Below, one piece after another: positions 59,691 through 64,000 of a DNA stretch of 64,000 nt. Each line of letters opens with the position of its first letter. The first letter of the stretch is position 1. Origin of the DNA: Podarcis tiliguerta (lineage: Eukaryota); NCBI GenBank assembly GCA_965153285.1, contig OZ229116.1. One strand, 5' to 3'. The notes beneath the pieces are model-generated. The model ran no database searches. It was not told the origin of the DNA and worked only from the letters and a program-made list of their open reading frames with translations. The position numbers and the translations under genes are program-made.

Positions 59691-61129
59691 TCTGATCCAT
59701 CTTTAGTTTGCAACGAAGAGCACTGGAAGAGGAGTCTAGGGAATCTAACTGGTGTATTTCACTTTTACTCACAACACACACACACAAGCAAGCAAGCACA
59801 TATACCCTCAAGGAGGTGCTATGCAAGGACAAGAGGACAAGGCTGGACATCTAGCTTGACACAGAAAGGGACTGGGTAGCTGTCAAAAGACATTTGTTCA
59901 GGCTGCCTTATGCATCTGCTATGGGGAGTGGTTGCCACAGCTGTTTGGATCCAAAGATTCTGAGCGTGGAACAAATGTCACAAGCTTAACCTTGGAAAAT
60001 GTCGAAAAGAAACACGAGCACAGAACGCGTGCAATCAATATAAACACAATAACATTTGCAGGGTGGTATGCGACCAAGTCATGCTCAAGAACTGATCCGA
60101 TGTACTTAAGCCGGCCATGGGAACGTAAGTCCGCCAATTTCAAAAGTCAATCCCGAATATGACTTTGTCAGCTTGCACCCATAGCGTGCATGTTTCTGGT
60201 CGTCATGGAACAACAAAATCCCAAAGAGGTGGAATGAGGATGGGAGCAGAAAGACACCATTGCACTGATATGCTTGTATTCTGCCTCTGGTACAGCTGTC
60301 AGATTCTGAGTGGACAAGACTGAATAATCGGGGGGGGGGGGGAGAGAGAGAGACATGCTTCAGAGAATCAACAGTCCTGTCTGTCTGGCTCATTAGGAAT
60401 CTTAAATATCCTTTAAAGCACAAACTAGATAATTTATGTTTATTTAAATACTTTAGCCAGTACCAAATACCATTCCTGCTGAACCTCTTTAGGTGGAATC
60501 TTAGGAGGCTTCTGTGGCATTTGGGTGGAACTGACATCTGTAATAGGCTCCATGAATTGTTTCTTCACCCAAGATTTTCCAAAGCAAACTGGGATACACT
60601 TTGCCAAACCTGAGTTGCAAGACTAAAGGAGAGCTCCACGCAAGGAGCAAAGCTCCACAATGGGCTCCTGCTTGTTGTGTCAATTTAGAACAAGGATTTC
60701 AGATTCGCTAGTGTTTCTAGAGAATGAAAATATACTCATTATCACCAGATTTTTCAAATTTTTAAAGGGCATGGAAAGTGCTTAGTTAATGCTCATGTTA
60801 TTATTAATACACCCGAAAAAGAGTGAGTCATCTGAATAAATCTAAGAACTCCCTGCTGTGTTCTGCTGCTTTCAACTGCTGCTTTGAGGAATGGGGACTT
60901 CCAGGCTAGAAGCAGAGCTGCCTAGGAGTGTGCATTCACTTTATATTCAGAGAAGGAAGACTTAACTAAAATAACAGCCTCTGCCTACGCTAAACAAAGA
61001 AATCCCAGGCTGTTCCAGAAATGCCTCTTTGCTGTGTCATTCGCAGGCCAAGGTGTTGGTCAGAATCATGAGCTTCCCCCCACCCCCAGGAACTTTTAAA
61101 AATAGAAAGAAAAATACCTTTTCCATTGT

Positions 61130-61945
61130 TTCTGTTATTATTATTAATTTAATTTGTATACCGCCTTTCAGGGACGTGGGTGGCGCTGTGGGTTAAACCA
61201 CAGAGCCTAGGACTTACCGATCAGAAGGTCGGCAGTTCGAATCCCCGCGATGGGGTGAGCTCCCGTTGCTCAGTCCCAGCTCCTGCCAACCTAGCAGTTC
61301 GAAAGCACGTCAAAGTGCAAGTAGATAAATAGGTACCGCTCCGGCGGAAAGGTAAACGGCGTTTCTGTGCGCTGCTCTGGTTTGCCAGAAGCGGTTTAGT
61401 CATGCTGACCACATGACCCGGAAGCCAATAAAGCGAGATGAGCGCCGCAACCCCAGAGTCTGCCTTGACTGGACCTAATGGTCAGGGGTCCCTTTACCTT
61501 TACCTTTATACCCCCTTTCATCCGATTATCCCAGGATGGTTAACAAAATACAAAATGAGAACATAAAATACATAATAATAAATAACCCCACCTCCTACAA
61601 ACACATTTAAAAAGCAATATAATCTTAACCAGCCCAACGTCTGGTTGAAGAGCAACGTTTTCACCTGGTGCCTAAAGGTGCATAGCGAAGGAGCCAAGTG
61701 AGCCTCCTTGGGGAGAGACCATTCCACAAACTGGAAACTACTGCAGAAAAGGCCAGTTCTCATGTTGCCAGCCTCCGGACCTCTTGGAGAGGAGCCACAC
61801 AAAGGCGGCCCTCAAATTATGATTGCATGGTCCAGGTAGATTCATATAGAGAGAGGTGGTCCTTGAGGTATGGCAGTCCTGAGCCGTTTAAGCCTTTATA
61901 GGTCAAAACCAGCACTTTGAATTTGGCCCAGAAACGAATTGGCCA
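61130..61945 (-). mobile_element. L2 LINE 3' end (second family) carrying a Sauria SINE
   Basis: Minus-strand WSLPKEAHLAPSLCTFRHQVKTLLF resembles the L2 ORF2 end; AGGTCAAAACCAGCACTTTGAATTTGGCC. Confidence 0.7.
61171..61506 (+). mobile_element. Sauria SINE (Squam1) nested in the 3' end of an L2
   Basis: TSD TATACC(G/C)CCTTTCA at 61157-61170 and 61507-61520; short internal deletion. Confidence 0.9.
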
Positions 61946-63295
61946 GTTCACTCACCAGCATAGAATTGCTGGGTGCCTGTGGCAACCAGGTGAGCTTTGG
62001 AACACAAGGCGGGCTTTGGAGAGAAAGAGGGCACATAAAATAATTTACCCGCAGTCTCAAGAATCTAAATAACCCACCAAATAGGTCAGTTGTGTGAGTT
62101 GAGAAAGTGCAAGGGCTGTGTTGTGGTCTTCAATGTCTTCCGTTGCACTAACAAAGCAGGGTTCAGAAGAGAGAGAAAGGTTTGTCTCTTCAAATAACTC
62201 CAAAGTTCCAAAGCTGGCATTCTCTATATGAAGATCATACCTCAGTAACCCATGATATTACAGCGATGCAAGTACTGCCATAACATTGAAACATTCCAAA
62301 TATGCACATTTTAAGCCAAATTCACCAGTGAGCCCTGAAAGACAAAACACCACTTCCAAATATTCTGTCCAGGGCAGGTGAGTTCCTCAGTGCCACAGTC
62401 TGTGCACCAACCTGGTGCTCTTCATGCGTTTTGGACTACAACTCTGATCAGCCCTAGCCAGCACAGATGGGATTTGTAGTCCAAAAGATAAGGATGGCAC
62501 CAGCTTGAGGAAATCTGGTGCATGCCATTCCACTACAGAACCTCTTTCAAAGGAAACTCTCTCTGTTTCAAAAAATAATCCAGTTCATTTGGATGAAAAG
62601 GAACCTCCCTAAGTGTGTTTTCCCCCTCAAGGGGAGAACACTTTCCTTTTCTTTAAGAAACAGCGCACAAGTTATCTGACTGTGACACAATCCATTTATG
62701 TTTCATATTTCTTCATCTCCACCCAGGCAAGAAAAGGAAGGGAGAGGTTAAGGATATGCTCAAGACATATAAACATTTTCAGAAGAATGTCCCTGTGGGC
62801 TCCGTGTTTAAATTAGGCTGCAGTATTAAAATTAGAGAGGAAAGAGAGCTACCAAGCTGCAGATTAAACTTCATAGAGTTATCACAAAAATCAACCACCA
62901 AGTAAATCATAAGGCGGCTAGCTATATAAACCAAGTGCGAAGTTTTGGCAAATTTTAATCGAACTGTATCTCTACAACTAAGCAAAACAAAAGTTCCTAG
63001 CAAATTGCATATAAAAGTCAGCATTCAAAGACGTGTATAGCAAATCTGCTAACAGCACTTATTTTAACAGGTTTAAATATGACCATGCAACTAGATCATG
63101 TAACAAACCAACTGCAGGGGTACATCCTCTCACGTTTATTTGGATGCTGGAATATCATCCTGTTTTGGGGTTGCTATGACCAAAACCCTCCTCAACCAAG
63201 CTGTCCTTGCGCAACTGCACCCATCCAAATAGAAAGAGTCCAACTGAGCTTGCCTGACTCCCTCATGCAGCCCCTTGAAACGGAAAGAGCCACAG

Positions 63296-63790
63296 ACTAT
63301 ATGGAATTGGCAGAAATGACTGGCAGAATCAGAGACCAGGGAGAAGAGACGGTGGAAGAAGATTGGAAGAAATTCAAAGATTATTTACAGAAATATTATA
63401 AGATTAATGAATGTTAGAATGACATCAGATTGAACGTAAAAGGTTATTAGTAAAAAGGTGTAAAATTAAAAGACTTACTATTTTAAGATACCAAGGAGAT
63501 CAAGATATATTAAGATATCAAAATTAAGATCAGTTAAGATAGAGGGAAGGGATTTGCTGATCAAATACATGAATTGGAATACAGTGAGGGGAGGTGTGGG
63601 GAAGTCTGGGAAATAAGTAAATGCAAGGAATATTATGAAGATGGAATTGTTTTTATTTGTCTTTTTTCTTCTCTTTTTTCTGTTATGTTGCTGTTTTTTG
63701 TCGTTTTGTATTTTTGTATTTTTGTATTTCTTTGTTATTTTTTGTTTTTTTATGTAAAAACTCTAATAAAAATATTATAAAAAAAAAAAA
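63296..63790 (+). mobile_element. L1/Tx1-clade LINE 3' end, 5'-truncated, young
   Basis: ORF2 C-terminus DYMELAEMTGRIRDQGEETVEEDWKKFKDYLQKY; T-rich 3' UTR; AATAAA at 63765; A tail; perfect 19-bp TSD GAAACGGAAAGAGCCACAG at 63277-63295 and 63791-63809. Confidence 0.88.
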
Positions 63791-64000
63791 GAAACGGAAA
63801 GAGCCACAGTTAACATGACGGCCTCCCCTTTTGAGCTTTGGGAGAGTAGCGCTATGTTACTCTTTCCAAAATAGATGTTCTTCTCACTGGGCGCAAAAAG
63901 CACACCACTTTCTTGGCAAAGGGAGTAACACTACCATGTAATTCAGTGGTTCTCAACCTGTGGGTCCCCAGTTGTTGTTGGACTACAACTCCCATCATCC

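Noticed and set aside
63079-63417. 112-aa ORF as a novel gene
   Set aside because: Random flank read in frame into the L1 ORF2 C-terminus; no other support.

Overview
Vertebrate genomic DNA from a squamate, most likely a lacertid lizard judging by the Sauria/Squam1, Squam2 and Squam3 SINEs. The whole window appears to lie inside PHLPP1 (PH domain leucine-rich repeat protein phosphatase 1, SCOP) on the minus strand. Nine internal coding exons (equivalent to exons 2-10; 197, 126, 167, 147, 231, 203, 61, 96 and 156 nt) splice into one open frame covering the PH domain and most of the LRR region. Exon 1 and exons 11 onward were not found here. The rest is intronic and rich in TEs: SINEs, L2, CR1, BovB, a young L1 3' end, a Penelope-like element, and many hAT and Tc1/mariner MITEs with readable target-site duplications (TSDs). 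Main observations: (1) intron 2 is a GC-AG intron; (2) two short, non-tandem copy-paste duplications lie within the gene, and one moved the end of exon 5 plus its splice donor into intron 2 next to a plausible acceptor, a candidate poison exon; (3) two different hAT MITEs share one 8-bp target site, present in three copies; (4) inverted SINE and MITE pairs predict dsRNA and possibly circRNA. I found no prokaryotic-type system and no clearly new protein-coding gene. All coordinates and identities were read by eye.
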